Shown here piece by piece: positions 9,439 to 19,799 of a stretch of DNA of 64,000 nt. Source of the stretch: Candidatus Marinacidobacterium sp. (lineage in GTDB: Bacteria; Acidobacteriota; Vicinamibacteria; Marinacidobacterales; Marinacidobacteraceae). Below the pieces are notes generated by a model that saw only the letters and a program-made list of their open reading frames with translations, made no database searches and had not been told where the DNA came from. The DNA lies in the NCBI GenBank assembly GCA_965220965.1, contig OZ244852.1:1984001-2048000 (forward strand). The letters run 5' to 3'. Position 1 is the first letter of the stretch; each line of letters starts with the position of its first letter. The position numbers were made by a program, and so were the translations under genes.

Positions 9439-10495
9439 GCGCCGCCGGATCGCCACCGGGCGGATCGCGCCCGGGCCGGGCCGCTCCGCGCTGGCGACCC
9501 TCGCGGCGCTGGCCGCCGTTTCGTGCGGCGCCGGGGCCGGCGAGTCCGACCCGCCGGGCTGGGAGGTCCGCTTCTCCCACGTGCTGTCGTCCAGTTCCGA
9601 GTTCCACCTGATGGCGGAGCGCCTGCGCGAGCTGATGCTGGAACGGACCGACGGAAGGTTCCGGATCGTCATCTACCCGTCGGGGCAGCTCGGCGACGAA
9701 CGGGTGGCTTTCGAGCAGCTCCAGGTGGGCGCGATCCAGATGGCCATCACCGGCACGCCGGTGCTGTCGGCGTGGGCGCCCGAGGGGCAGGTGTTCGACC
9801 TGCCGTTCCTGTTCCGGACCCGCGACCAGGGCCTCGAGGTCATGAACGGCCCGGTGGGGGACTCGTGGCGGGAGCTGCTCCTCGAGCGGACCGGCGTGCG
9901 GTCGCTCGGGTTCCTCGACTACGGGTTCCGCCATGTCTACAACCGGCGTCGCCCGGTGGAAGAACCCGGGGATCTCGCCGGACTCAAGCTGCGGGTGCTC
10001 CAGAACGCCACCTACCTCGCGGCCTACTCGGCGCTTGGGGTCCAGGCGACCCCGATGAACTACGGCGAGGTCTACTCCGCGCTCCAGCAGGGCGTGATCG
10101 ACGGCGGGGAGGCCAACGCCGTCGGCTTCGTGAGCAGCCGGCTTCACGAGGTCGCCGGGTACTTCGCCTTCACCTCGGTCACCTACAACCCGATCACGCT
10201 GCTCGTGAACGAGCCGTTCCACCAGGCGCTCCCCGCCGATGTCCGGGCCACGCTCGCCCGCTCGGTGCGCGAGGCGCTCGCCCACCAGAGCGCGGTCGCG
10301 CGGCGGATGGAGGCGGACGCGCTCGAGACGATGCGGGCCGCCGGAGTGACGATCTCCCGCCCGGACCTGGCGCCCTTCGCACGGGCTGTGCGGCAGGGCG
10401 CGCGGGACGAGCTGGCGGATCGGCTCCCCGGTGGCGGACCGCTGCTCGCCCGACTCATGGAAGAGGTGGAGCGCGCCCCACCCGGGAACGAGTGA
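9431..10495 (+). CDS. dctP: TRAP transporter substrate-binding protein
   Basis: IYPSGQLGDE, FDLPFLF, DLAGLKLRV, EVYSALQQGVIDGGE. Confidence 0.92.
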   Translation: MRRRRRIATGRIAPGPGRSALATLAALAAVSCGAGAGESDPPGWEVRFSHVLSSSSEFHLMAERLRELMLERTDGRFRIVIYPSGQLGDERVAFEQLQVGAIQMAITGTPVLSAWAPEGQVFDLPFLFRTRDQGLEVMNGPVGDSWRELLLERTGVRSLGFLDYGFRHVYNRRRPVEEPGDLAGLKLRVLQNATYLAAYSALGVQATPMNYGEVYSALQQGVIDGGEANAVGFVSSRLHEVAGYFAFTSVTYNPITLLVNEPFHQALPADVRATLARSVREALAHQSAVARRMEADALETMRAAGVTISRPDLAPFARAVRQGARDELADRLPGGGPLLARLMEEVERAPPGNE

Positions 10496-10989
10496 TGAAG
10501 CGGATCCAGGCGCTCAACCGCGTCCTGGCGCGGGTCGAGACCTGCGCGGTGGGCGGCCTGCTGATCGGGGTGTCGGCCGTGGTCCTGCTCCAGGTGCTGA
10601 TGCGGTACCTCGTCTCGCTCCCGAATCCCTGGAGCGAGGAGCTGTCGCGCTTCGCGTTCCTCTGGATGTCGCTGCTCGGCGCTTCGCTGGCGGTGGAGCA
10701 TCGGGCCCACTTCCGCTTCGATCAGATCACCCGGGCGCTGACGCCGCGCGTCCGGCGGGCGGTGGAGGTCGCGGGGACGGCCTTCGTCGCGACGTTCGCG
10801 CTCCTGCTCGTCGTCGCCGGGATCGCCCTGATGGGCCTCACGCTGGACCAGCGCTCCCCGGCGCTGAACCTGCCGGTGGCATACGTCTACGCGGCGGCGC
10901 CGGTGTCCGGGGCGTTCATGGTGGTCCACCTGCTGGCGGCTTCCGCGGGGCGGCGGCGGGCGGAAGCGCCCGACCAGGAGGCGGCGTGA
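10495..10989 (+). CDS. dctQ: TRAP transporter small permease
   Basis: TGATG overlap; QVLMRY..W SEELSR; four TM segments. Confidence 0.9.
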   Translation: MKRIQALNRVLARVETCAVGGLLIGVSAVVLLQVLMRYLVSLPNPWSEELSRFAFLWMSLLGASLAVEHRAHFRFDQITRALTPRVRRAVEVAGTAFVATFALLLVVAGIALMGLTLDQRSPALNLPVAYVYAAAPVSGAFMVVHLLAASAGRRRAEAPDQEAA

Positions 10990-12263
10990 TGGGCGGGCTC
11001 CTGGTCGGAACCTTCGGCGCGCTGGTGGCGGCCGCCGTCCCCATCGGCTTCGCGCTCGCCGGAGCGGCGGTGATCGCCATCCTCGCGGCGGATCTCCCGC
11101 TGGTCGTGGTTCCGCAGCAGATCGTCGCCGGGATGGATTCCTTCCCGATGCTCGCCGTCCCGCTCTTCATCCTGGCGGGGCTCCTGATGGACGTCGGGGG
11201 CATCAGCCGGCGCCTCGTGACGCTGGCGCGGGTGCTCGTGGGGCATTTCCGCGGAGGGCTCGGGCAGGTCGTGATCCTCGCCGAGATGTTCTTCTCCGGC
11301 GTCTCGGGCTCCACCTCCGCGGACGCCGCCGCGATCGGCGGGATCATGGTCCCGCAGCTCACCGCGAATGGCTACAGCCGGGCGCGGGCCACCGCCATCG
11401 TCTCCGCCGCCTGCGGGATGGGCATCCTCATCCCGCCGGCGATCGTGATGGTCGTCTACGGCGTCGTCGGCAACGTCTCGATCGGCGCGCTCTTCGTCGC
11501 CTCGATCCCGGCGGCGCTGCTGATGGCCGCGGGACTGATGGCGCAGATCGGGTGGCAGGCGCGACGGGAGGGGTGGCCGACCGGGGAGCGGGCTTCCGGG
11601 GCGGAGATCCGGGCGGCGGCGGTGGACGCCGTTCTGCCGCTCTTCCTGATCGTGGTCATCCTCGGGGGCATCCGCTTCGGGCTGTTCACCCCCACCGAAG
11701 CCGCCGCCGTCGCCGTGCTCTACGCGCTGCTCCTCGCCGGACCGGTCTACCGGTCGCTCCCGGTGGCCGAGCTCTGGCGCCGGGTCGTCCAGGCGGGCGT
11801 GCTGTCGGGGGTCGTGCTGTTCGTCGTGGGCGCAGCGCACCTGCTCGGGTGGGCGCTCGCCGTCCTCCAGGTCCCCCAGGCGCTCGCCGGTTCGCTGGCG
11901 GAGATGGGAGGCGGCCCGCTGGGTTTTCTGGCGGTCACGATCCTGATCTTCCTGCTCCTCGGAGCGCTGCTCGAGGGGGTCCCCGCCGTTGTCATGCTCA
12001 CCCCCATCCTGCTGCCGCTCGCGCGGCAGCTCGGGATCGACCCGGTGCACTTCGGCGCGGTCATCGTGGCGACCCAGGGGATCTCGGTCTTCCTGCCGCC
12101 GGTGGGGGTGAGCCTGCTGGTGGCGTGCTCGGTGGGCCGGACGCAGCCGATGGAGGTGGCGCGACCGCTCTGGCCCTACCTGGCGCTCATGCTCACGCTC
12201 ACGGTGGTCATTGCGTTTTTTCCCGGGCTGGTGCTGTTCCTGCCCGAACTGCTCGGCTACTGA
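10989..12263 (+). CDS. dctM: TRAP transporter large permease
   Basis: TGATG overlap; FPMLAVPLFILAG, SGSTSADAAAIG, GILIPP, FTPTEAAAV, GIDPVHFG. Confidence 0.93.
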   Translation: MGGLLVGTFGALVAAAVPIGFALAGAAVIAILAADLPLVVVPQQIVAGMDSFPMLAVPLFILAGLLMDVGGISRRLVTLARVLVGHFRGGLGQVVILAEMFFSGVSGSTSADAAAIGGIMVPQLTANGYSRARATAIVSAACGMGILIPPAIVMVVYGVVGNVSIGALFVASIPAALLMAAGLMAQIGWQARREGWPTGERASGAEIRAAAVDAVLPLFLIVVILGGIRFGLFTPTEAAAVAVLYALLLAGPVYRSLPVAELWRRVVQAGVLSGVVLFVVGAAHLLGWALAVLQVPQALAGSLAEMGGGPLGFLAVTILIFLLLGALLEGVPAVVMLTPILLPLARQLGIDPVHFGAVIVATQGISVFLPPVGVSLLVACSVGRTQPMEVARPLWPYLALMLTLTVVIAFFPGLVLFLPELLGY

Positions 12264-12326
12264 GGTCGGCAGGTGACGACGCCCGCCCATAGACTCCGGA
12301 CGGAGGGGACCCGACGAGAGAGGAAC

Positions 12327-13682
12327 ATGAGGATGCTTCGACAGATCGCAACTGGCATCGCAACTGGCCGGCGCCGACGGGCGGCGCTCCTGGCGGGCGC
12401 CGCGGCGATCTCCGCGGCGCTCGCCGCCGGGTGCTCGGTCGCCGAGCCGGCGCCGGACGTCCCGGGCGTCGACCCCGGCCGCCTCGCCCGCATCGGCGCC
12501 GCCCTCGAGGCATATGTCGAGGCCGGGGCGCTCCCGGGTGCGGTCGCCCTCGTGGCCCAGGGCGGAGAGACGGTCTACCTCGAGGCCTTCGGACACCGCG
12601 ACCGCGAGGCCGCCGACCCCCTCGAGACGGACGACATCTTCCGGATCGCCTCGCAGTCGAAGGCGGTCGTGAGCGTCGCAACCATGATCCTGCAGGAGGA
12701 GGGGCGGCTCCTGATCGCGGATCCGGTGGGACGCTATCTGCCGGAATACATGGAGACCACCGTGGCCCGCCGGGACCCGGATGGCGCCATCCGGGTCGAG
12801 CCCGCCCGCCAGCCGATCACCATCCGGCATCTGCTGACCCACACCGCCGGAATCGGTTACGGGGGCGGGCCGACGACCGCGAGCGCATGGTCCGAGGCGG
12901 GGATCACCGGCTGGTACTTCGCCGACCGCGAGGAGCCGATCCGGGAGACGGTGCGGCGCATGGCCGCCCTGCCCTTCGACGCCCAGCCGGGCGAGGACTG
13001 GGTCTACGGGTACGCCACCGACATCCTCGGCGCGGTCGTCGAGGCCGCCTCGGGAACGCCGCTCGACGAGTTCCTCCAGAGCCGGATCTTCGACCCGCTG
13101 GGGATGGCGGACACCCACTTCTATCTCCCGGAAGCGAAGCGGGATCGCCTGACCGTCGTGTATTCGGCGGGCGAGAGCGGCCTGACCCGCGCCCCCGATC
13201 CGGGCGGGATGGTGGGCCAGGGGGCCTACGTCGACGGACCCCGCGCCAGCTTCTCGGGGGGCGCCGGCCTTCTCTCGACGGCCAGCGACTACGCCCGGTT
13301 CCTCCAGATGCTGCTGAACGGCGGCCAGCTCGACGGCGCCCGCATCCTCTCCCCCAAGACCGTCGAGCTCATGACGGTGGACCACCTCGGCGGCATCCTC
13401 CTCCAGAACGTGGACGAAAACGGGGCCCTGTTCGGGAGGGAGCGGGGCGTCGGCTTCGGGCTCGGGTTCCGGGTTGTGAACGACCTGGGCGCGCGCGGCG
13501 TCCCCGGCTCGCTTGGGGAATACAGTTGGGGAGGCGCGTACCACACGAGTTTCTGGGTGGACCCGAGCGAGGATCTCGTCGTGGTCTATCTGACGCAGGT
13601 GATTCCGGCCGGGAACATCGACGACCAGGCGAAGTTCCGCGCGCTGGTCTACCAGGCGATCGAGAGCGCCAACCGGGAATGA
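12327..13682 (+). CDS. Serine hydrolase (beta-lactamase/esterase family) lipoprotein
   Basis: Lipobox LAAGC; FRIASQSK (SxxK), [18 protein letters not shown]; start approximate. Confidence 0.9.
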   Translation: MRMLRQIATGIATGRRRRAALLAGAAAISAALAAGCSVAEPAPDVPGVDPGRLARIGAALEAYVEAGALPGAVALVAQGGETVYLEAFGHRDREAADPLETDDIFRIASQSKAVVSVATMILQEEGRLLIADPVGRYLPEYMETTVARRDPDGAIRVEPARQPITIRHLLTHTAGIGYGGGPTTASAWSEAGITGWYFADREEPIRETVRRMAALPFDAQPGEDWVYGYATDILGAVVEAASGTPLDEFLQSRIFDPLGMADTHFYLPEAKRDRLTVVYSAGESGLTRAPDPGGMVGQGAYVDGPRASFSGGAGLLSTASDYARFLQMLLNGGQLDGARILSPKTVELMTVDHLGGILLQNVDENGALFGRERGVGFGLGFRVVNDLGARGVPGSLGEYSWGGAYHTSFWVDPSEDLVVVYLTQVIPAGNIDDQAKFRALVYQAIESANRE

Positions 13683-14365
13683 CGGTGTTCTTCCCGCTGG
13701 TCGCCGCCGCGCTCTTTCAGGGCCTCCCCGGGTACGAGGCGCGGAGCGCCCCGGCGGAGGCCACCGCGGCGCTCCCGGCGGACGCCGCCGCCTGGGACCG
13801 CGCCCACGTCGCGGAGTGGGGACCGGCCCCCTACGGCACGGCGTTCCGGGCGCTCTGGAACGACGCCGGCCTCCACCTCCGGTTCGATTCGGATGACGAC
13901 GGGCCGTGGCACACGATGACCGGGCGGGACGACCCGATCTGGGAGGAGGAGGTCGTCGAGATCTTCCTCGACCCCGAACGCGACGGGCGCTATGTCGAGG
14001 TCGAGGTGAATCCGGCGGGCGTCGTCTGCGACCTGCGGCGGCTGGGCGCCGGCGAGACCGGATCGGACCCGATCCCGGTCCCCAGCGGAACCATGGACCG
14101 CGGGTTCGACGTGGCGGGCCTCGAGGTCACGGTCGAGGCCCACGCCACCGGCTGGACCACGACCGCGTTCCTGCCCTGGAGCGGACTCGGGCTCGACGCC
14201 GCCCCCCAACCGGGCGCGGTCATGCCGTTCAACCTGTTCCGCATCAAGCGCCCCGGCGGTCCCGAAGCGCCGGCGGAGGGAGCGGTCTTCAACGCCTGGT
14301 CGCCCACCGGAAGCCCCAGCTTCCACGTCCCCGAGGCGTTCCGCCCGCTGACCCTCGTGGAGTAG
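13679..14365 (+). CDS. Carbohydrate-binding family 9-like (DOMON-like) protein
   Basis: ATGA overlap; [47 protein letters not shown]. Confidence 0.75.
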   Translation: MTVFFPLVAAALFQGLPGYEARSAPAEATAALPADAAAWDRAHVAEWGPAPYGTAFRALWNDAGLHLRFDSDDDGPWHTMTGRDDPIWEEEVVEIFLDPERDGRYVEVEVNPAGVVCDLRRLGAGETGSDPIPVPSGTMDRGFDVAGLEVTVEAHATGWTTTAFLPWSGLGLDAAPQPGAVMPFNLFRIKRPGGPEAPAEGAVFNAWSPTGSPSFHVPEAFRPLTLVE

Positions 14366-14384
14366 GGCGTCTCGGCGCGGGACG

Positions 14385-14639
14385 ATGACGCAAGAGGCCG
14401 CGCTGCTCGACCGCATCACGGTCCGCACCGACATCCTGGGCGGCAAGCCGATCATCCGCGGTATGCGGATCGCGGTGGAGCATGTGCTGGGTAATCTCGC
14501 AGCCGGAGAAAGCGTCGAGGACCTGCTTGCGCACTACCCGTTCCTCGAACCGGAGGACGTTCAGGCATGTCTGCTCTTCGCCCATCGCCTGCTGGCTGGC
14601 GAGCAGGTCCATGACCGCATCGACGTTCGAAGGGCGTAG
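14385..14639 (+). CDS. DUF433-family antitoxin-like protein (no adjacent toxin)
   Basis: RITV..DILGGKPIIRGMRIAVEHVL..LAAG..EDLLAHYPFLEPEDVQACL. Confidence 0.9.
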   Translation: MTQEAALLDRITVRTDILGGKPIIRGMRIAVEHVLGNLAAGESVEDLLAHYPFLEPEDVQACLLFAHRLLAGEQVHDRIDVRRA

Positions 14640-14695
14640 AGACTTCAAGGCGTCCGGTCGCCACACTCCAGACTGTCCACGAGAACGGGGCAACC

Positions 14696-15952
14696 TCAGG
14701 CCCCAGCAGGCCCGGCGTCAGGCGCCACTCCGACGATGCTCGGCGCCGGCTCTTGTCGAGGAACGCGTCCGGGCTGTCCTGTCTCCCAGTCGTACTCGTG
14801 GAGGGCGCTCCACGGAATCAGGCGGTCCGGCCCGCTGACCAGCGGCTCTTCGCCGCCGTAGACCACGACGCCCGGCATGGCGCCGGCCGATGGCGCGAGG
14901 ATCCTGCGCACCCGCCGGATCCGGGCGAAGGGCTCCGGGGCCATCGTTGCGGCGGATATGGTGTCCATCAGGGTCATCGGCGGCGGATGCTCGACGACGA
15001 GATCGACCTCCGCGCCGTTCCGGTCCCGGTAGAAGGCCAAGCCGGGGTCCTCGCCGCCGTTTGCGCGCGCTTTCCGGATCTCCGAGGCGACCCAGGTCGC
15101 GAAGATGGAACCGCGCAGCGGATGGAAGCGAAGCTGTTCCGGAGTGCGGATGCCGAGGAGCCAGCAGACGAGACCGGTGTCGTGGAAGTGCAGCTTCGGT
15201 CGTCTCACCAGACGCCGGCGCGCGCCGGAAAGAAGGACCGGCAACCAGAAGACGAGATAGCTCGCCTCCAGGATCTCGAGCCAGGACTTCGCGGTCGGCT
15301 GGGAGATCCCGCACTCGTTGGCGAGAGCCGAATAGTTGACGAGCCGCCCCGCGCTGGCGGCGCACAGCCCGAGGAAGCGCTGGAACGTCGCGAGATCGGC
15401 GACGTTCCGGATCATGCGCATGTCCCGCTCAAGGTAGGCGCCGACCAGGGACGCGAACCACTCGGCCGGGTCCACGCCGTCGCTGAAGATGGCGGGGTAA
15501 GAACCCGCAAGGAGAGCCGCTTCGAGGCTCTCCGGAGGGCGGGGAGAGCTCGTGATCTCGCCGCGGGTGAGCGGAAGGAGGTGGAACACCGCCGTCCGGC
15601 CGGCGAGCGACTGGGGAACCGACGGGAGAACGCGCAGGTCCTGCGAGGCGGTCAGGATCCAGCGTCCGGGCCGCCGATCCTCGTCGATCATTCCCATGAG
15701 GTAGGACGGCAGGTCGGGCGCCCGCTGGATCTCGTCGAGGATCGCCCCCCCGGGAAACTGCGCGAGGAACCCGCGCGGATCCTCGGTGGCGAAGGCCCGG
15801 ATGTCCGGCGCATCGAGCGCCACCCAGGCGTGGTCCGGGAACACATGGCGGCACAGCGTGGTCTTGCCGGCGTGGCGGGGTCCGGTAAGCGTGATCGCCG
15901 GCCAGGCCTCCGCCGCCTTCCTCAGCCTTGGCGCGAGCTCGCGTGGGATCAC
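14696..15952 (-). CDS. AAA_14 ATPase + DUF4143 domain protein, with degenerate motifs
   Basis: Walker A GPRHAGKTT, Walker B ILDEIQ, SLAGR, PKLHFHDTGL, YRDRNGAEVDLVV; GTG start 7 nt after TAGGCT. Confidence 0.88.
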   Translation of the reverse strand: MIPRELAPRLRKAAEAWPAITLTGPRHAGKTTLCRHVFPDHAWVALDAPDIRAFATEDPRGFLAQFPGGAILDEIQRAPDLPSYLMGMIDEDRRPGRWILTASQDLRVLPSVPQSLAGRTAVFHLLPLTRGEITSSPRPPESLEAALLAGSYPAIFSDGVDPAEWFASLVGAYLERDMRMIRNVADLATFQRFLGLCAASAGRLVNYSALANECGISQPTAKSWLEILEASYLVFWLPVLLSGARRRLVRRPKLHFHDTGLVCWLLGIRTPEQLRFHPLRGSIFATWVASEIRKARANGGEDPGLAFYRDRNGAEVDLVVEHPPPMTLMDTISAATMAPEPFARIRRVRRILAPSAGAMPGVVVYGGEEPLVSGPDRLIPWSALHEYDWETGQPGRVPRQEPAPSIVGVAPDAGPAGA

Positions 15953-16119
15953 TCCGGCCAGCCTACACCGTGTCGTCAGATTCAAAATCGGATTTGCATT
16001 CTCTGTCTTCCGGCCACTGTCCGCGCCGATGCGCCGCGCGCGACACCCTGAACATCCCCGGATCCCCCGGGCGCTCCACGGCGGTCGCGCCCCCCGGGCG
16101 ATAGCCTCTCCACTCCGAG

Positions 16120-19110
16120 GTGATCCCCATGCTCCGGCTCCGACTGACGTTCCGCGCGTCCTGGCTCCTGCTGGCCATTCTCCTGCCGGCGGGCGCCGCC
16201 GCCCAGGAGGCGGTGAAGGTGTGGGAGGGCGAGCTGACGCTGCCGACCTACGCGCTGCTGCCCGACGACCCCAACCCGCAGTTCCGGGAGACCGACGACT
16301 CGATCGTCTACCCCTACACGATGCAGGACAACCTCGGGACCGAGCGGGCGGACCACACCTGGCGGGCCTTCTTCCTCGAGAACGAGTACCTCCGGATCGC
16401 CTGCCTGCCGGAGATCGGGGGACGGATCCAGTGGGTCCTCGACAAGCGCGAGGACGAGCAGATGTTCTACAACAACCGGGTCATCCGGCCCGGGCTGATC
16501 GCGCTCCGGGGCGCGTGGATCTCGGGCGGCATCGAGTGGAACCGGGGGCCGCAGGGCCACACCGTCACCAGCTACTCCCCGGTGAACGTGACCGGCGTCC
16601 AGAACCCGGACGGGTCGGCCACGCTCGTCATCGGCGAGATCGAGCAGAGCTTCCGGACCGGCTGGGAAGTGCGGCTCACGCTCCGGCCCGGCGTCGCCCG
16701 CCTCGATCAGGAGATCCGGATCTTCAACCCCACGGATCTCCCCCACCCCTACTATTTCTGGAACAACACCGCCTTCCCCCAGCGGGACGGAACCCGCTTC
16801 ATCTACCCGATGTCGCTCGCCTCGGACCACTTCGGGACCACCTTCTACCGGTTCCCCACCGACAACGGCGTGGACCTGACCCGGCTCCCCAACTACCCCG
16901 AGCCGACCTCGATCTTCGCCTACCGCGCGGTCCATGACTTCTTCGGGGCGTACGACTCGGGAGACGACCGGGGCATCGTCCAGACCGCCGACCACCACGA
17001 ACTCCCCGGCAAGAAGGGCTGGACCTGGGGTCAGGGGGACGACGGGGCGATGAACCAGCGCGCGCTTACCGACGAGGACGGCCCCTACATCGAGGTGCAG
17101 AGCGGCCCGCTGCCCACCCAGTCGGACTACGCCTGGCTCCATCCCGGCCAGGAAGTCGCGTGGCGGGAGCAGTGGGCGCCGGTGTTCGGCCTCGGCGAAG
17201 GCTTCGAGTACGCCGTGCCCGACCTCGTCGTCGAGCGGATCGATGACGACGAGGGGACGCGGTTCCTGTTCCTCGCCGCCCGGGAGATCCCCGAGGCCGA
17301 GGTGCGGCTGCGGACGGCCAGTGGCGAACACGCCCAGCGCGCGAACCTGACGCCGGCGGAGGTCGTGGAAGTCCGACTCCCCGAGGGATCGGTGAGCTCC
17401 TCGGGGTCGACCCGGGCGCCGGTGGATGTCCTGGTGGTTTCGGGGGACGACCGCGTGATGGCCTACCGCTCGCCGCTCGAGATCCCGGCGGAGGAGGCGC
17501 CGCCGCTTCCTGAGCCAACGGAACCCGCGACCGCCGAGGAGGCCTTCCAGGCGGCCGAGCGGGCGGACAAGGACCTGAATCGGGCGGAGGCCCGCCGCCT
17601 CTACGAGCGGGCGCTCGCGCTTTCACCCGACCACACCGACGCCGGGGTGGGCCTCGCGGTCCTCGACCTGAAGGCCGGCCGCTGGTCCGAGGCCGGCGCC
17701 CGGCTGGAGGCCATCGCCCAGGCGGACCCGGAGCACGGCTTCGCCCGCTTCCTCCACGGCGTAGCGCACTACGGGGCCGGGGACTTCGCGAAGGCGCTGG
17801 ACTCCGCCTACCTCGCGACCAAGCTCGCCGGCGCCGAGGCCGTCGCCTGGCGGCTCGCCGGGCAGGTCCTGCTCCGGACCGGGGACCCGGCGAGCGCCAT
17901 CCGCGCCTTCGAGACGGCCGGCCGCCACGGCGATCTGGACGCCGCGCCCGACGGCTGGCTGCTCGCGCTGCTGGCCGCCGGCCATCCCCAGGCGAGGGTC
18001 GCGGCGCAGGAGCGCATCGACGCCGGGACGGTCGGCCTCGTCCCGTGGGCGGTCCTGCTCCACACCGCCGACAACGACGAAGGACGCGCCGAGGCGGCGG
18101 AGGCGCTGGCCGCCCTCGCCGGCGAGCCGGAGTTCGCCTTCACCGAGCTCTTCGTGACGCTCGCCGAAGCGGGCCTTCCCGAAGCGGCGCTCAACGTCGT
18201 GGACGCGCTCGTCTCGGGGGCCGGGTTCGAGCCCGGCCCGGCGCTCTGGTTCCACGCCGCCCACGCCTCGGAGGGCGCCCGGCGGGCGAAGTACGACGAG
18301 GCCGCCCTCGCCGCCTCGCTCGACTACGCCTTCCCCTCCCGGCCGGAGTCCATACCGGTGCTGCGCGCCGCCGCCGAGCGGCTGCCAGCGTCCCCCGCTC
18401 CGCGACTCCTCCTCGGACATCTCTACGCCGGGCTCGGCCGATACGAGGAGGCGGTCGCGGCCTGGGAGGCCGCCGCCCAACTGGACCCGAAGCTGTCCAC
18501 CGCCCACCGGGGCCTCGGCATGGTCCACTGGAAGGTCGAGGACCGCCCCGCCGCGGCGCTCCAGCGACTCCGGCAGGCGGTCGCCGCCCGCCCCGACGAC
18601 CAGACGCTCTACCGCGATCTGGCCCGGCTGCTGATCGAGCTGGGGCGTCCGGCGGAAGCGCTCGGCGCGCTCGAGGCTCTGCCCGAGGGCGGACGGCGAC
18701 GCCACGACGTGACCATCGAGTGGGCGCGGGCGCTGAACGCCACCGGCCGCTACGCCGAAACCGTCGCGCTGCTCGACGGCGCCCAGGTCAACTTCCGCGA
18801 GGGCGACGCGACGATCTGGCAACTGTTCTCCCGGGCGCAGGTCGAGCTCGGGCGCGCCGCGCTCGCCGGGGGCGACGCGAACACCGCGCTCCGCCACTTC
18901 GACCGGGCGCTGACCTACCCGGAGAACCTCGGAGTGGGCCGACCCCACCGCGCCACCGAGGCGCGTCCGCTGTGGTTCCGCGCCGAGGCGCTCGCAGCGA
19001 TCGGACGGTCGGGGGACGCGGCTGCGGCGCTCGCCGCCTGCGCCGCGAACGACCCCTCCACCGAGGAGCAGCGGATCTTCATCGCCCGCTGCGAGGCAGC
19101 CGCGCGGTAG
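16120..19110 (+). CDS. DUF5107 domain + TPR repeat protein, secreted
   Basis: LPTY, LENEYL...LPEIGGRI, GAWISGGIEWN, PGKKGWTWG, GPYIEVQSG; C-terminal TPR-like helices, YPENLGVG. Confidence 0.85.
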   Translation: MIPMLRLRLTFRASWLLLAILLPAGAAAQEAVKVWEGELTLPTYALLPDDPNPQFRETDDSIVYPYTMQDNLGTERADHTWRAFFLENEYLRIACLPEIGGRIQWVLDKREDEQMFYNNRVIRPGLIALRGAWISGGIEWNRGPQGHTVTSYSPVNVTGVQNPDGSATLVIGEIEQSFRTGWEVRLTLRPGVARLDQEIRIFNPTDLPHPYYFWNNTAFPQRDGTRFIYPMSLASDHFGTTFYRFPTDNGVDLTRLPNYPEPTSIFAYRAVHDFFGAYDSGDDRGIVQTADHHELPGKKGWTWGQGDDGAMNQRALTDEDGPYIEVQSGPLPTQSDYAWLHPGQEVAWREQWAPVFGLGEGFEYAVPDLVVERIDDDEGTRFLFLAAREIPEAEVRLRTASGEHAQRANLTPAEVVEVRLPEGSVSSSGSTRAPVDVLVVSGDDRVMAYRSPLEIPAEEAPPLPEPTEPATAEEAFQAAERADKDLNRAEARRLYERALALSPDHTDAGVGLAVLDLKAGRWSEAGARLEAIAQADPEHGFARFLHGVAHYGAGDFAKALDSAYLATKLAGAEAVAWRLAGQVLLRTGDPASAIRAFETAGRHGDLDAAPDGWLLALLAAGHPQARVAAQERIDAGTVGLVPWAVLLHTADNDEGRAEAAEALAALAGEPEFAFTELFVTLAEAGLPEAALNVVDALVSGAGFEPGPALWFHAAHASEGARRAKYDEAALAASLDYAFPSRPESIPVLRAAAERLPASPAPRLLLGHLYAGLGRYEEAVAAWEAAAQLDPKLSTAHRGLGMVHWKVEDRPAAALQRLRQAVAARPDDQTLYRDLARLLIELGRPAEALGALEALPEGGRRRHDVTIEWARALNATGRYAETVALLDGAQVNFREGDATIWQLFSRAQVELGRAALAGGDANTALRHFDRALTYPENLGVGRPHRATEARPLWFRAEALAAIGRSGDAAAALAACAANDPSTEEQRIFIARCEAAAR

Positions 19111-19218
19111 ACCGCCCCCGGCTCGGGGGGACGGGCTCAGGCGGTCACGCCGTCGCTGAACCGCCCGCAGGCAGACGCCGCCGCGCCCTCCCAAGGCGTT
19201 CAACGACCCTGGCGGCTA

Positions 19219-19283
19219 GCAAATTTGCGGCGCTGCCGTCATTTTGATCGGCAAAATGACGACTACGCCGTAAGAATGACGAC
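19219..19283. promoter_or_regulatory. AT-rich palindrome/inverted-repeat cluster (operator-like) between convergent genes
   Basis: GCAAATTTGC palindrome 19219-19228; CGTCATTTTG-N5-CAAAATGACG 19237-19261; AATGACGAC at 19255 and 19275. Confidence 0.5.
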
Positions 19284-19293
19284 CCCGGGCGGA

Positions 19294-19755
19294 TCAGGGC
19301 TCCGGCGCGGCCTCCCCGAAGAGTTCCTCCAGCCGGGCGGTGCGGTAGTCGAAGATCCGCTTCAGGTCGCGGGCGACGAAGAGGCGGTCCGCCAGCCAGC
19401 CGCCGGGCGCGGCGTACTGGACGGTGTCGCCGGCGAGCGTCCCGCCGTCCTTCGCCTCGAAGGTATGCCGGTGGATCCACACCCGGTAGGGGCCGCGGCG
19501 CTGCTCGTCCACGAAGGAGTGCGGCGGATCCCATTCGGTGATCTCGCTCTCCCACCGGATCGGGATGCCGCGGATCCGGAGGGCGTACTGGATCTTCGCC
19601 CCCGGCGCCATCCGGATGGGCTGCGGTGTGAGGATCCGGAAATGGAGCCAGTCCGGCGTCAGCCGGTCCAGGTTCCCGGCTTCGGCGAAGAACGGGAAGA
19701 TGTCCTCGGGGGACCGGGGAACCCACACCCGGCGTTCGATCTGCGACAGACGCAT
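19294..19755 (-). CDS. SRPBCC family protein
   Basis: FPFFAEAGNLDRLTP, WESEITEW.PP..FVDEQRRGPYRVWIHRHTF, IFDYR. Confidence 0.88.
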   Translation of the reverse strand: MRLSQIERRVWVPRSPEDIFPFFAEAGNLDRLTPDWLHFRILTPQPIRMAPGAKIQYALRIRGIPIRWESEITEWDPPHSFVDEQRRGPYRVWIHRHTFEAKDGGTLAGDTVQYAAPGGWLADRLFVARDLKRIFDYRTARLEELFGEAAPEP

Positions 19756-19799
19756 GGCGGCATTCTGCCGCGCCGGGCGTTGTCAGATGCCGCGGTCGA

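Noticed and set aside
14289-14693. 134-aa minus-strand ORF that looks protein-like
   Set aside because: It is the antisense shadow of the clearly recognisable DUF433 gene.
14636-14695. Possible DUF5615 toxin start remnant after DUF433
   Set aside because: Only a vague FK-like trace with no start codon; not supportable.
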